Assembly: GCA_030390025.1 (NCBI GenBank)
Contig: CM059432.1
Span: forward strand, 136,278,001 to 136,342,000
DNA: 64,000 nt
Direction: 5' to 3'
Source: Squalus acanthias
Lineage: Eukaryota
Under the pieces are notes generated by a model, which made no database searches, was not told the origin of the DNA, and was given only the letters and a program-made list of their open reading frames with translations. The position numbers and the translations under genes are program-made. Positions 1 to 12,289 of the stretch are shown in pieces; the stretch's first letter is position 1; every line of letters starts with the position of its first letter.

Positions 1-423
1 TTCTTCCTGCAGGCTTCAACCGTTGGGGATGCGGAGGCTCCGGCATCTCAGTGGCAGAGATGACAGATGGCTGCTGCATTCTCCGATGCAACAGCCATCT
101 GCTTTCTGCTCACAAGAGAGGTTTGGTGAGTCTTGAGTACAAGAACTACCAAACAACAGAGAATGTCAGTGTCTGACAGTTTCTCAAAGCTGTCAAACGA
201 TGACAATTCATCTGCCAAAAATGTTTGACAGATGAAACGTCATACGCTGACGTTCTCTGTAACCGGCTTCCCCTTAATTGGCCTGCTGAGCCCGCTGGGC
301 GGGCTTAACAAGGTCAATCAAGGGAAAATAGCGTGGGTTGGCCAGACGTTGATGGAGGCGGGACTAAAACCCGACAAGCAGCAGTCCCGCCTCCAATGCG
401 CCCCCATTGGCAAAATCACCCCC
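1..423 (+). mobile_element. Harbinger-type non-autonomous element (MITE family A), copy 1, cut by the window start
   Basis: Highly similar to 12797-13220 and, inverted, to 23747-24130. Ends in the TIR-like GGCAAAATCACCCCC. Confidence 0.75.
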
Positions 424-1589
424 GTGATCATTGTAAGTATCCTGACAAAGGTTTTGCCTATTGTGCACACTAGCTGTTTAAAGGCATGTTACTTTGCAAT
501 GTTGTTTTGTGCTCTGAGTCCAGCATTCAGACTGGTGACCTCGCCTTAGGTCAAACTGAACCGCACAGACAAACTGAACGTCAGCCAGAACCGCCCCGCA
601 TTAGCCACAGAATTAACTGGGCTCTGCCAAAGGCAATAATTCACAGTTTGAAGCACAGATTAAGCATAGCTGTGCGACTAGATTTTGAAGTCATGTTCTG
701 AGCTATACCGCATAACTGAAGGAAGGAAAATGAAATCAAATGATGTGGCCTTTTCACAATTAGTAACTACTTTTTCCACCACACTTCTTTCAGCAGCTGT
801 GAGGGGTTTGGACGGTCCGATTGAAAGAATGGTCTTGGCTGCAAACTTCCCCATTTATTGTTGTTAAAGTCACTCCAGATCTGCTCAATATAAGGAACAC
901 TCTTGATATCAGATAGGACTGGTCCAGCCAGTTTTTCTTTGGCTTCCTTCCTTCCTTGACAGGGATGGAACATTCCACTGCAGTAGAGACTTCCATCTAG
1001 TGACCTAGCTGAGAACTAGTGAAAGTGGAACTCAGTGTTAGATTGAACCGCGAATTCAAGGAATGCCAATATTATAATTAAACACCATAGAACGAATTAA
1101 AGATGTTCAACATCTCACCTGGTGCAGTATTGATGTGCAGCCATTGGAGGGCACCAGTACGATTACTAAAGGGCCGCTTTGAACTCCCCGCGGGAGTTGT
1201 GTGGGCAAGGGGCAAAGGCGGACATCAAATGATCCGGCCCTCCGCAACGTGAGGCCTGGGAGATTTTAACTCCTGGGCCTCATCCGCATAGGCCCCAACA
1301 GTCTCCCGCCCGAACCTGGCGGAAAGTGATAGCTTGCCAGCGGGATTTTGGGGCATCAGGAGGCCGCCGCTGAGGACCTGAAGGAATAGTTTCCCAGCAA
1401 GTGGTTGGGGGGGTGGGGTGGGGGGGGGAGGGGAAGGTTGGGAGGCCATCACGGTTGGGGGAGGGGAAGGAAAGCCTCGGGAGGGGAGGCCCAAGGGTTC
1501 CTTGTAGGTAAGGATGACAGCAGGAATGGAAATTTTAATTATGAGGAGAAGCTTGTGATACTGGGACAATACCTACTGGACCTAAGGGA

Positions 1590-1945
1590 AGCTAAGAGGA
1601 GATTTGATAAGAATTTCTTTTTCAGTTATGAAGAATTTTGAGAAGGTGGATGAGGAAAAATGATTTCCTCTGGTTGGGGAGTCAGTGACAAGGGTCATAA
1701 ATTTAAAATTACAAAGTGTGAGGAGAGATGTTAGGCAAGAGCTGTAGGCGCATGGAATATTTTGCCACAGGGTGTGGTTGAGGCAACCCCGTTGCATTTT
1801 TTAAGGGTTAAATATTTGAAGCAGAGGAAGGTATAGGGCTATGGGGAGAGAGCAGAGCTGTGGAATTAATGTTGGATTGCTGTAGCTAAAGGCCAACACA
1901 GATCTGATGGGCCAAATTGCCTCCTGCACTGTAACTTTTTATGGG
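1590..1945 (+). mobile_element. Old CR1 LINE 3' fragment
   Basis: Degenerate match to the ORF2 end and 3' UTR (GATGGGCCAAATTGCCTCC) of other CR1 copies in the window. Confidence 0.6.
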
Positions 1946-2871
1946 GCTATATTTCTACCTCCTTTGAAGATCAGAGATTAGTTCTGAATCACCAGGCAAT
2001 TAGAATATGGATTATTTCTACCACTCAAGGTGTGAACAGTAGTATCTTGGTTGTCTGTTGAACTGTTTCCTGTGGCCGCCTACCTACAACAGAAATTATT
2101 CTACAGGTGACTCTGAAAGTTCGCATACATTAAAGTTGCAAAGAGATGAGGTAATCTCTGATGTCATTAATTTATGAATAAAAGCATAGCCATCATCGCA
2201 GAGAACAGATGGTCCCCAGGAAATGTGGAATTGTTTTTTTCCCACAAAGAGTTATTTTAAGGAAACAGATTCCCAAAGCCAGCCTTTAAATCAGATTGAC
2301 CTGTCTATCTAAAACAAAACAAAAACGATACAGGAATTTTTCTTTTCGAGGCATGATGGGATCCCTGTTTCCAATCACAATCAGTCCTGCACCAACTGAT
2401 TTCCGCTTTGACTCCTTAAATCCATTATAAACATTGGACAAGGGAATTTAACTGGACTCTAGATTCACAAACCCCATTTCCAACAGTGCCAGTCTCCTCA
2501 ATTAAACAGCTACTTGTCTTTAGTAGATATTCAATATCTTTTCCTGGTAAAAATGGGTTCCTATTTTGGTTACATGACATCAACATCAGCTGAATATGAT
2601 AGGCTAGTAATACAGCCCATTCCTCTCGACAACAAAAGTTATTGCAAAGCGGAAATTACTCTTTTGGGTAATTCACTCTTTTAGGTTCCATTTATTATCT
2701 GTTCTTGAGACGATTGCTGAGCTTTGGGAGCTATGGAATCTTCATGCCAAGGATGAATCAGGGGGTCGAAAGGTGAGAAAGATAATGCTTGATTTCTCAT
2801 TGAGAGTCAAGGAGAAACTTTGTTGAATGTTTCCTTTGAACATTGTGAGGTGGGTGGGGTGAGTGGGTGGG

Positions 2872-4567
2872 AAACATAGAAACATAGAAACATAGAAGAT
2901 AGGAGCAGGAGTAGGCCATTCGGCCCCTCGAGCCTGCTCCGCCATTTAATGAGATCATGGCTGATCATCCAAATTCAGTACCCTGTCCCTGCTTTCTCCC
3001 CATATCCCTTGATCCCTTTAGCCTTAAGAAATATATCTAACTCCTTCTTGAATATATTTAATGAGTTGGCCTCAACTGCCTTCTGTGGTAGAGAATTCCA
3101 CAGGTTCACCACTCTCTGGGTAAAGAAATTCCTCCTCATCTCAGTCCTAAATGGCTTACCCCTAATCCTTAGACTGTGACCCCTGGTTCTGGACTCCCCC
3201 GCCATCGGGAACATCCTTCCTGCATCTAGTCTGTCTAGTCCTGTTAGAATTTTATAAGTTTCAATGAGATCCCCTCTCATTCTTCTAAACTCTAGCGAAT
3301 ACAAGCCCAATCGTCCCAATCTCTCTTCATACGTCATTCCTGCCATCCCAGGTATCAGTCTGGTGAATCTTCGCTGCACTCCCTCCATGGCAAGAACATC
3401 CTTCCTAAGATAAGGCGACCAAAACTGCACATAATACTCACCAAGGCCCTGTACAACTGCAGCAAGACATCCTTGCTCCTGTACTCGAATCCTCTCGCTA
3501 TGAAGGCCAACATACCATTTGCCTTCTTAACCGCCTGCTGCACCTGCATGCTTACCTTCAACGACTGGTGCACAAGGACTCCCAGGTCTCGTTGCACTTC
3601 CCCTTTTCCCAATCTATTGCCGTTCAGATAATAATCTGCCTTCCTGTTTTTGCCACCAAAGTGGATAACCTCGCATTTATCCACATTATACTGCATCTGC
3701 CATGCATCTGCCTAATCACCCAACTTGTCCAAATCATACTGGAGTTTCTCTGCATCCTCCTCACAACACACACGCCCACCCAGCTTTGTGTCGTCTGCAA
3801 ACTTGGAGATATTACATCTAGTTCCCTCATCTAGATCATTAATATATATTGTGAATAACTGGGGTCCTAGCACCGATCCCTGCGGTACCCCACTAGTCAC
3901 TGCCTGCCACTCGGAAAAAGATCCGTTTATTCCAACTCTTTGCTTCCTGTCTGCCAACCAGTTTTCTATCCAAGTCAGTACCTTACCCCCAATCCCATGT
4001 GCTTTAACTTTGCATGCTAATCTCTTATGCGGGACCTTATCGAAAGCCTTCTGAAAGTCCAAATACACCACATCCACTGGTTCTCCCTTATCTATTCTAC
4101 CAGTTACATCCTCAAAAAATTCCAGTAGATTAGTCAAGTATGATTTACCTTTTGTAAATCCATGTTGACTTGGTCCGATCCTGTCACTGTTTTCCAAGTG
4201 CTCTGCTATTACATCTTTTATAATAGACTCTAGCATTTTCCCCACTACCGATGTCAGGTTTACCGGTCTATAATTCCCCGTTTTCTCTCTCCCACCTTTT
4301 TTAAATAGTGATGTTACATTAGCTACCCTCCAATCCATGGGAACTGTTCCAGAGTCTATAGAATTTTGGAAGATGACCAGCAATGCATCTACTATTTCTA
4401 GGGCCACTTCCTTAAGTACCCTAGGATGTAGATTATCAGGCCCTGGGGATTTATCGGCCTTCAATCCAGTCAATTTCCCTAACACCATTTCCCTACAAAT
4501 ACTGATTTCATTCAGTTCTACCCTCTCATTAGACCCTATGTTCCCCGACATCTCTGGGAGGTTATTT
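2872..4567 (-). mobile_element. 5'-truncated CR1 (HER1-like) LINE with a disrupted reverse transcriptase domain
   Basis: ORFs 3712-4551, 3355-3696 and 2975-3430 carry [31 protein letters not shown] and FADD. There is one premature stop and a frameshifting deletion near 3440. The (GAAACATA)n tail is at 2872-2897. Confidence 0.95.
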
Positions 4568-4649
4568 ATGATTTATGAAATGGTCCATGATAGTGCAGAT
4601 TGAATATGAATGGTTAAAGAAGTGGCCTTGATGAGCTACATCAAGTTAC

Positions 4650-5432
4650 ACCGAGACTACAACACAGAAACAGACCATTCAGCCCAACTGGTCTATGCCA
4701 GCATTTATGCTCCACACGAACCCCCTCCCACCCCTCTTCATCTCACCCTATCAGCATACCCTTCTATTCGTTTTCCCTTATGTGCTTATCTAGCTTCCCC
4801 TTAAATGTATCTATGCTATTTACCTCAACTACTCCTTGTGGTCGCATTTTCCACATTCTTACCACTCTTTGGGTAAAGAAGTTTCTCCTGAATTCCCTAT
4901 TGGATTTATTAGTGACTTATATTTATGACCCCTAGTTTTGGTTTCCCCCACTGGTGGAAACATTTTCTCTACGTCTACCCTACCAAACCCTTTCATTATC
5001 TTAAAGACCTCTATCAGGTCACCCCTCAGCCTTCTCTTTTCTAGAGAGAAGAGCCACAGCCTGTTCAGACTTTCCTGATAGTTATAACCTCTCAGCTGTG
5101 GTATCATCCTTGTGAATCTTTTTTGCAACTTTCCAATGCCTCTATATCTTTTTTATAATATGGAGACCAGAACTGTTCACAGAACTCCAAGTATGGTCTA
5201 ACCAAGGTTCTATATAAGTTTAACATAACTTCCCTGCTTTACAATTTTATCCCTCTAGAAATAAACCCCAGTGCTTGGTTTGCTATTTTATGGCCTTATC
5301 GTCACTACTTTTAGTGATTTGTGTATCTGTACTCATAGATCCCTTTGCTCCTCTACCCCATTTAGACTCTTATTATCCAAGCAATATGTGACCTCCTTAT
5401 TCTTCCTACCAAAATGCATCACCTCAAACTTA
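4650..5432 (-). mobile_element. CR1 LINE 3' fragment
   Basis: ORF 4859-5128 reads QKRFTRMIP...[22 protein letters not shown], followed by the CR1 3' UTR. Confidence 0.9.
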
Positions 5433-5507
5433 TAGTTTTATCTCATTCCATAATTTCTATAGCTCTAGCTGTTGAAGTGTATCAACCTGTAAAACATGAC
5501 GCAACAA

Positions 5508-6068
5508 AGCCCAAAGCCTTTCCACCATCTACAAGGCACAAGTAAGGAGTGTGATGGAATACTCTCCACTTGCCTGGATGAGTGCAGCTCCAACAACACT
5601 CAAGAAGCTCGACACCATCCAGGACAAAGCAGCCCGCTTGATTGGCACCCCATCCACCACCTTAAACATTCACTCCCTCCACCACCGGCGTACCGTGGCT
5701 GCAGTGAGTACCATCTACAAGATGCACTGCAGCAACTCGCCAAGGCTTCTTCGGCAGCACCTCCCAAACCTGCACCCTCTTCCACCTAGAAGGACAAGGG
5801 CAGCAGGCACATGGGAACACCACCACCTCCAAGTTCCCCTCCAAGTCACACACCATCCTGACTTAGAAGTATATCGCCGATCCTTCATCGTCGCTGGGTC
5901 AAAATCCTGGAACTCCCTCCCTAACAGCACTGTGGGAGTACCTTCACCGCACGGACTGCAGCGGTTCAAGAAGGCGGCTCACCATCACCTTCTCAAGGGC
6001 AACTAGGGATGGGCAATAAATACTGGCCTTGCCAGCGATGCCCACATCCCATATACAAATAAAAAAAA
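5508..6068 (+). mobile_element. LINE family B (APE-RT non-LTR retrotransposon, clade uncertain) 3' fragment
   Basis: MEYSPLAWMSAAPTTLKKLDTIQDKAARLIG. Nearly identical to 27005-27539 and to the 3' part of the RT-bearing copy at 61965-63612. A-rich tail. Confidence 0.9.
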
Positions 6069-6357
6069 TATAGCATGGCACAGACTAGAACAACACGTTT
6101 TTAATAAGCAAAGCACATCAGACAGTTGACAGAGACCTTCCTGGGAAAGACTTAAGGTGGTTTTACTTTATAGAGTAAACTTTACAATTTCATTCTCAAA
6201 ATGGACAAAAAATCTTGCGAAGCTTCCATGCCCAGATTATGGATTTGCACGCATATGTCAGCAAAGCTTGTATTTGGAGCATGGATTCAAAAATCTGACA
6301 TCATTGTTTTTCTTAACCTTGTCATGTGAGAATGACCTCTGTGCACTACCCTCCCCC

Positions 6358-6890
6358 TTTCGGATGAGGTGTTAAACTGTGGCTCTGTCTTCCTGTTCAA
6401 GTGGATGTAAAAGATCCAATGGCATTTCTTCAAAGAAGATCAGGGAGTTCTTTGGAACATAGGAACAGGAGGAGGCCATTCAGCCCCTCTAGCCTGTTCC
6501 GCCCTTCAATTAGATCATGGCTGATCTGTATCTTAACTCCATCCACCCGCCTTGGTTCTGTTACCCTTAATACCCTTGCCTAACAAAAATCTGTCAATCT
6601 CAGTTTTGAAATTTTCAATTGACAGAACCTTAACAGCTTTTTGGGGGAGAGAGTTCCAGATTTCCACTACCCTATACAGAGTTCTTCTGGTGTTGTGACA
6701 CATGGACATTCTTCAACCAACACCACCAAAACAGAATAATACCATGCATTTTCTGTGCACAAATGGCTGCCGCATTTGCCTACAAAGCAAGGCTACATTT
6801 AAAAAAATGAAAGTAACTCATCACCTGTGAAGTGCTTTGGGACCTCCTGAGGATGTGAAAGATGCTATATAAATGCAAGTTCTTTCTTTA
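6358..6890 (+). mobile_element. Degenerate SacSINE1-like SINE interrupted by an antisense CR1 3' fragment (~6452-6672)
   Basis: SINE body and L2-like tail (GCTATATAAATGCAAG) flank a CR1 tail starting GGAACATAGGAACAGGAGGAGGCCATTCAGCC. Confidence 0.7.
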
Positions 6891-7704
6891 CGTTTACCAT
6901 CGGGTGCTAATCTCCATAGGTGTGCTGAGGTCTATTGGACGCCTGATTCCTGAGTTCCTTTTCCCCTTTCATTCAGTAGAGTTAATGGGATTGGGAGACC
7001 ATGTAGGCTGATGATAAGGTAAGAGTGCTATTGTTTTGAAACTGGCTCTTTGCATTTACTTTGCTGCAGCGGTAGGCCTTAATCTGATGGTAGATTCATA
7101 GGCCTGTGTCTTTGTGGGCCCACAATGAGATTGACTCCGGGAACATCTGCAGCCAACGAAGAGGGAAACCTGCATCGCCCTCTCCAAATGTAAAAGTGCC
7201 TCTTTGGTATCGCCTCGTGAGCTGCAGAAGGAAGGTGAACAGATCAGCTCCTTCTCGCCTCCTGAGAAATAGCACAATTAGCACATTCAGAGGTCTTTGC
7301 GAGACCAGTGATAAATGGTGCTGGCTTCCAAAGTCACCTTAGATTGTTAGAGCGGACTGCAGCTGAAATTTTTTTTTTAGGTAATTAGAATCCCTTCCTG
7401 ATACCATAAGGATCGTGCTTAAGTTCCATTTTAAAGTTGCGGCTTTAGGAAAGGTGTATACAAGCTGACCTTTTTAATCCTACAGGTTTGTACCCATGTT
7501 GAGTTGCCAATTGCTTCTGCTGTTAAAATGGTTTAACTTTGCTGAACTAGAACTTAAGAAAAGACACTTGCATAAGAACGTAAGAATCCCCTAAAAAACT
7601 CAATAATATTGCAGCAGGTTGCCAACAGTCACTTACAGCAGTGATTGATGGGGGAATTACCCAATCATCTTCAAGCTGCAGTACAAACCTTCCCCTGTGG
7701 CCTT

Positions 7705-8217
7705 TCTAGGAAGGATGCGATGGCCTTAGAGAGGGTGCAGAAAAGATTTACGATAATGATTCCAGGGATGAGGAACTTCAGTTACGTGGATAGACTGGAG
7801 AAGCTGGGGTTGTTCTCCTTAGAGCAGGGACGATCGAGAGGAGATTTGATAGAGGTGTTCAAAATCATGAGGGGTCGAGTCAGAGTAGATAGAGAGAAAC
7901 TGTTCCCATTGGCAGAAGGGTCGAGAACCAGAGGACACAGATTTAAGATGATTGGCAAAAGAACCAAATGCGACATGAAGAAAAACTTTTTTACGCAGCG
8001 AGTGGTTATGATCTGGAATGCACTGCCTGAAAGGGTGGTGGAGGCAGACTCAATCATGGCTTTCAAAAGGGAATTGGATAAGTACCTGAAGGAAAAAATT
8101 TAGCAAAGCTACGGGGAAAGGGCGGGGAAGTAGGACAAGTTGAAGTGCAGAGAGCTGGCACGGGCTCGACGGGACGAATGGCCTCCTTCTGTGTTGTAAC
8201 GATTCTATGATTCTATA
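7705..8217 (+). mobile_element. CR1 LINE 3' fragment
   Basis: [15 protein letters not shown]...NFFTQRVVMIWNALP, with a GATTCTATGATTCTAT tail. Confidence 0.9.
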
Positions 8218-8746
8218 GTGGACTGCATTGAATGGATTTTGGAGCAGTTCGTTCCTGTCTGCTCCAGGAATGTAGACACAGTAGCCTAGTGGTCAGGGTA
8301 TTGGCCTAGCAACCCCAAGCTTGCAGGTTCAAATCCCACTGTGGCAAGTTGTGAGATAGAATTAAAAAATCTGATCATTTGAATTTAATAAATATGGCTG
8401 CTTCTATAAAAAATGATGGTAATATGCGTTTACGGGGCAACTAGATATGTATATTAGGGAGAAAGGAACAGAAGGTTATGCTGATAGGGTTAGATGAAGT
8501 AGGGTGGGCGAAGGCTCCTGTGGAGTTATAAGCACCAACATTAGAAAATTTGGGCCAAATGGCCTGTTTCTGTGCTGTAAATTCTAAGTAATAGAATCTA
8601 TCCAAAACTCCCCTCTGTTGTTATGTCATTGCAGATAAAGTGAGTCGATTTCAAGGTCGTATTTATATACCTGGATTTAAAGAGGGACCTGCTTTGTGCA
8701 TTGATAATAGTGCAATCAGGATGGTATCTTGTTAAAGAAACTCACT

Positions 8747-10219
8747 GGGCTAAAAATTCGGGGACATAACGCCACCCATTACCAGCAAAAAGCTGGTGGC
8801 GGGGCCCATTTTGGTCCCCTCCGTAGCACTGCCAGTAAAATGGTGGATTAGTGACGCCAGTCAACGTGCAACACCGACTTAACGTCACCACGGCCAACTT
8901 CGACCCTAGTGCTGAGTTCAGCACTGGGACATAACCACGCCAGGGAAACCCAGAGTGTAAAGAGACTGACAGAGGCGCTGTCAGCACCTCTTAAAGGGAC
9001 ACACACATTTTTCAGGTAAGTTTGCATTTAAGCTTTTGGACTGTTTTTAAAAAATGTTATTGAAGTAGTGGCTTGCTGCAATAGATGTTAAATATTTTTT
9101 AAGTGTGTAGGGAGTGCTGCTGGATGCTTTCAAGGCATCGGATAGTAAAGGAAGGCATCTGAGAAAACATAAAATGCTGCAAATACTCAACAGGTCAGGC
9201 AACATCAGTGGAGCAAGAAACAGAGTTCATGTCTCAGGTCAAGATGCTGGCATTTTATATCCATTCAGCCCCACCGCAGGCCAAGGGCTCAGCCAGGCCC
9301 CTGCCAAGAATGGCCTGCACCATCTCCTCCAAGGGGGTGAGGTGAGGCTAGGAATGGGAGATGTGCCTCATGATTGGTACAGATTGTTGGCAGGTGAGCG
9401 ATTGGGGCGGGGGGGTGGCGGCAGGAGTATGCATTGAGCAGTGTGTGAGGCTAATGGTGCAGTTGTAAGAGATGGCTTTTGAAAATGCATCCACTGACCT
9501 TGACCAGTGGTCTGAGGTCATGAAGCTTCTTTGGGCACTGGAGCCAGGTGGTGGGGGCGACACTGCTGGCAGTGACGGCCTCGGTGATGTGGTCCTACAT
9601 CATTCTTTCTGGAGGGTCTCCTGGTCCCTGTGGGTCGAGGACCTCTCTTCCAGTGTTGAACCCCTGCACAAAGCTGGAGTGCTGCGTGTGAGACCCTGGG
9701 TGCCCCTTCCTTGGCTTGTTGAGCCATTTGTGTTAGTGCTGAAGCACTTTTACCTTTGTTTTAGGTGTGGAAGACAATTCAGCTTTAAGAGCTGAAGACT
9801 GCCATTTGGGAATTATTTTTAATATTTTTTTTTGAAAGGCAGTAAGGGCTGAAAGCTGCATTTTTTCACTTGATTTTAATTTTTATTAGTTCTGAGTGCA
9901 TTGCCCCTTTAATTGCCCACAATGCCTTGCAAACTCCACAGCCTCGCTTCCAGAGGCTGTAAGAAGCAGCAAAGACTGTGGACGGGAACTTCGGGACGGA
10001 GGCCTCCATTAATGCCACCAGGAGGGCGTTGCATGGTAAGTTAGCGCTGTGCATTTGGGAATTATTTTTAATATTTTTTTTTGAAAGGCAGTAAGGGCTG
10101 AAAGCTGTGTCAACCCCCGAGCCAATTTTTCAAAGGTAGCGCTGCGGCCATTTTCGGCGGCCGTTAACTCGAGTTGCTGGTGACTCGACAATTCTGTTGG
10201 CGCGCACAAATTTTTCCCC
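8747..10219. mobile_element. Internally deleted PIF/Harbinger transposon with a Myb/SANT-like ORF remnant
   Basis: Ends GGGCTAAAAATTCG and CAAATTTTTCCCC, with a 3-bp TSD ACT (8744-8746, 10220-10222). Minus strand ~9490-9727 gives APRVSHAAL...ITEAVTASSVAPTTWLQCPKKLHDL, resembling Harbinger Myb/SANT proteins. Confidence 0.7.
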
Positions 10220-10239
10220 ACTGTTTTGTATAGTGGAGG

Positions 10240-10601
10240 GGTATGATGGTCTAGTGATTACGTTGCTGGTCTAGTAATCCAGAGTCCTGGACTAATAATC
10301 CAGAGGATGTGAGTCCAAATGCCACCATGGCAATTTGAGAGAATTGAATTCAGTTTTTAAAAATCTGGTTTCGGTAAAAAGTGACAATGAAGCTGTCAGA
10401 TGGTCATAAAAACCCCAACTGGTTCACTAATATCCTTACCTGGTCTGGCCTATATGTGATTCCAGTCCCACATCAATATGGTTGACTTTTAACTGCCCTC
10501 TAAAGTGGCCGAGCAAGCCTCTCAGTTAAGGTAGCAACTAGGGATAGACAATGAATGCCAGTCTTGCCTGTGACACCCACATCCTGTGAATGAATAAAAA
10601 A
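10240..10601 (+). mobile_element. tRNA-derived SINE family C, sharing its 3' tail with LINE B
   Basis: Similar to 14980-15389; the tail resembles the LINE B 3' UTR. Confidence 0.75.
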
Positions 10602-12289
10602 TATGAAGTGCGTATTGACATCACTGTGTCAGCCAATGAGATTGTGGCAGGGTGGGACTTACAGCAAGCAGTGTATGTATTCAGCAAACAACAACAACAA
10701 CAAACAACAACTTGTATTTATATAGCGCCTTTAACGTAGTAAAACATCCCAAGGTTCTTCACAGGAGTATTACAAACAGAGTCTATTTACTCAGAAAACT
10801 GCAAACAGAATCTATTTAAACAGAGTCATCTGAACTACAGCAAACAGAACTCATGACCAAAACTACAGCAACATCACCCCATAAAAGCAGGATTATTTCT
10901 CCAGCAAAATGCTGTGAGTGGAGAATAGTTGCACAATACAAATTATACGCGTAAAATCAATCCTGGTCACTTACAGCAGTGCGGTCTCCAGGCGTGATTG
11001 CTGGGGGGAATTACCCAATCATCTCCATTCTGGTCGGGACTTGTGGTATCACCTGTATGCATCCCTTAAAAAAGATTGTCTCTTTTAAATCTATTAGCTC
11101 TGCCCCTTTTGATACAACAGGAAATACACAAAGACCCTGTGCCCTCAACCTGCCTTCACCTATTACGCCGTGTGTGAGCTGAGATACCAACAACGCAAGT
11201 GACATGCAGAATAAGTATATCACTAGTGCGGAACTTATGGAAAGTAGGCCCCACCCCATCTTTCAACAGACCAAATGGTGTAAAACCCATCTCAAATTTA
11301 CACCGGAGTTTGATTCATATACGCTACTCAGCACAGCCAGCGAAACACTCATGGATTAAGAATGTCATCATAAAGCAGCGATCAGCTGTTTTCTGATTGA
11401 AGACAGATGTCCTGAAAGTAGCAGCTTTTTAAAGTATTTACTTCTAGTGCTTTCAGATGGCATTAACGTGCAGGCTGAGAGATAGAAGCTTATCTTTTGT
11501 GTAGTAATCTATCTGTAATGAAGCTGAAAAAGCTTCTTGTTATTTACAAGTGACAGAAATAGTTCTGTTTTTGCAAAATCAAACCGAAAGACAGATGCCT
11601 GCTGATTAAGGGCATAATGCTCTGTAACTGTAAATTTAATTTCCCCACAAAGAATGCTCACATATGAATAATTTTCCTGCCATCACATTAAAGCTGCAGA
11701 ATCCCTTCTTGCCAGGCCTCCTAGACTGTAGTCAAACTGTCAGAAACCAACTCTGCACATTATCCTCATTAACATACATTAGTCTGATTGAGATGGTTGT
11801 GCTTGTTTTAAGGAAAAACGAATGCGTTGGATAGAACTAACTCTTTTTACAGTACCAAAGACATAGGTGAGAATGTCGACTTTATGCTTGTTGGACGAAG
11901 AACGCTTAACTCAGCTTCAGTCACTTTGGTTCAAAGTGCACTTGGCCTTGTTTTCATTTACTATAATTTCAGGAAAATAACATTTAGAGTATGTCCAAGG
12001 TAAGGCTGATCCAGAATATGGGCTGTATTAGTGATCAGGCTGAGAATTTAATTAATGGCTCAGAACTATATGGAACTAATTATTCACATTACCAAACGAA
12101 ACTTGTTGGAGTTGAGAGACAGGAAGATGAATATCAACTCAACAAGTGATCTTGACTTCCAACTGAAGTGGAGCTTGGCTACAGGGATGCTACTTTGGGC
12201 AAATCTGCAAATTTGCTATTTGACTCTGGGACCCAATTAAAATTTCCATTGGAGTCAAAACTGTCTGTGTGGCTCTCTTTTCCCTTCCC

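Noticed and set aside
232..549. Repeated ORF MKRHTLTFSVTGFPLIG (also 13029-13268) as a small gene family
   Set aside because: It lies inside MITE A, the two ORFs diverge beyond the element end, and copy 3 yields no equivalent ORF in the track.
3712..4551. Functional reverse transcriptase gene
   Set aside because: It is a 5'-truncated CR1 copy with a premature stop and a downstream frameshift.
7056..7261. Minus-strand acceptor (CTAAT...TTTCTCAG) followed by open frames
   Set aside because: Neither open frame resembles a known protein and no partner exon was found. It cannot be fully excluded without RNA-seq.
9160..9245. Fourth hammerhead copy
   Set aside because: Same repeat family as 46366, but GAAA is mutated to GAGA and the CUGANGA half is missing.
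10975..11064. 90-bp minus-strand exon candidate (AG...GTAAGT; GMHTGDTTSPDQNGDDWVIPPSNHAWRPHC)
   Set aside because: No recognisable protein. The motifs GTCACTTACAGCAGTG and GGGGGAATTACCCAATCATCT recur at ~7628-7670, which indicates a dispersed repeat.
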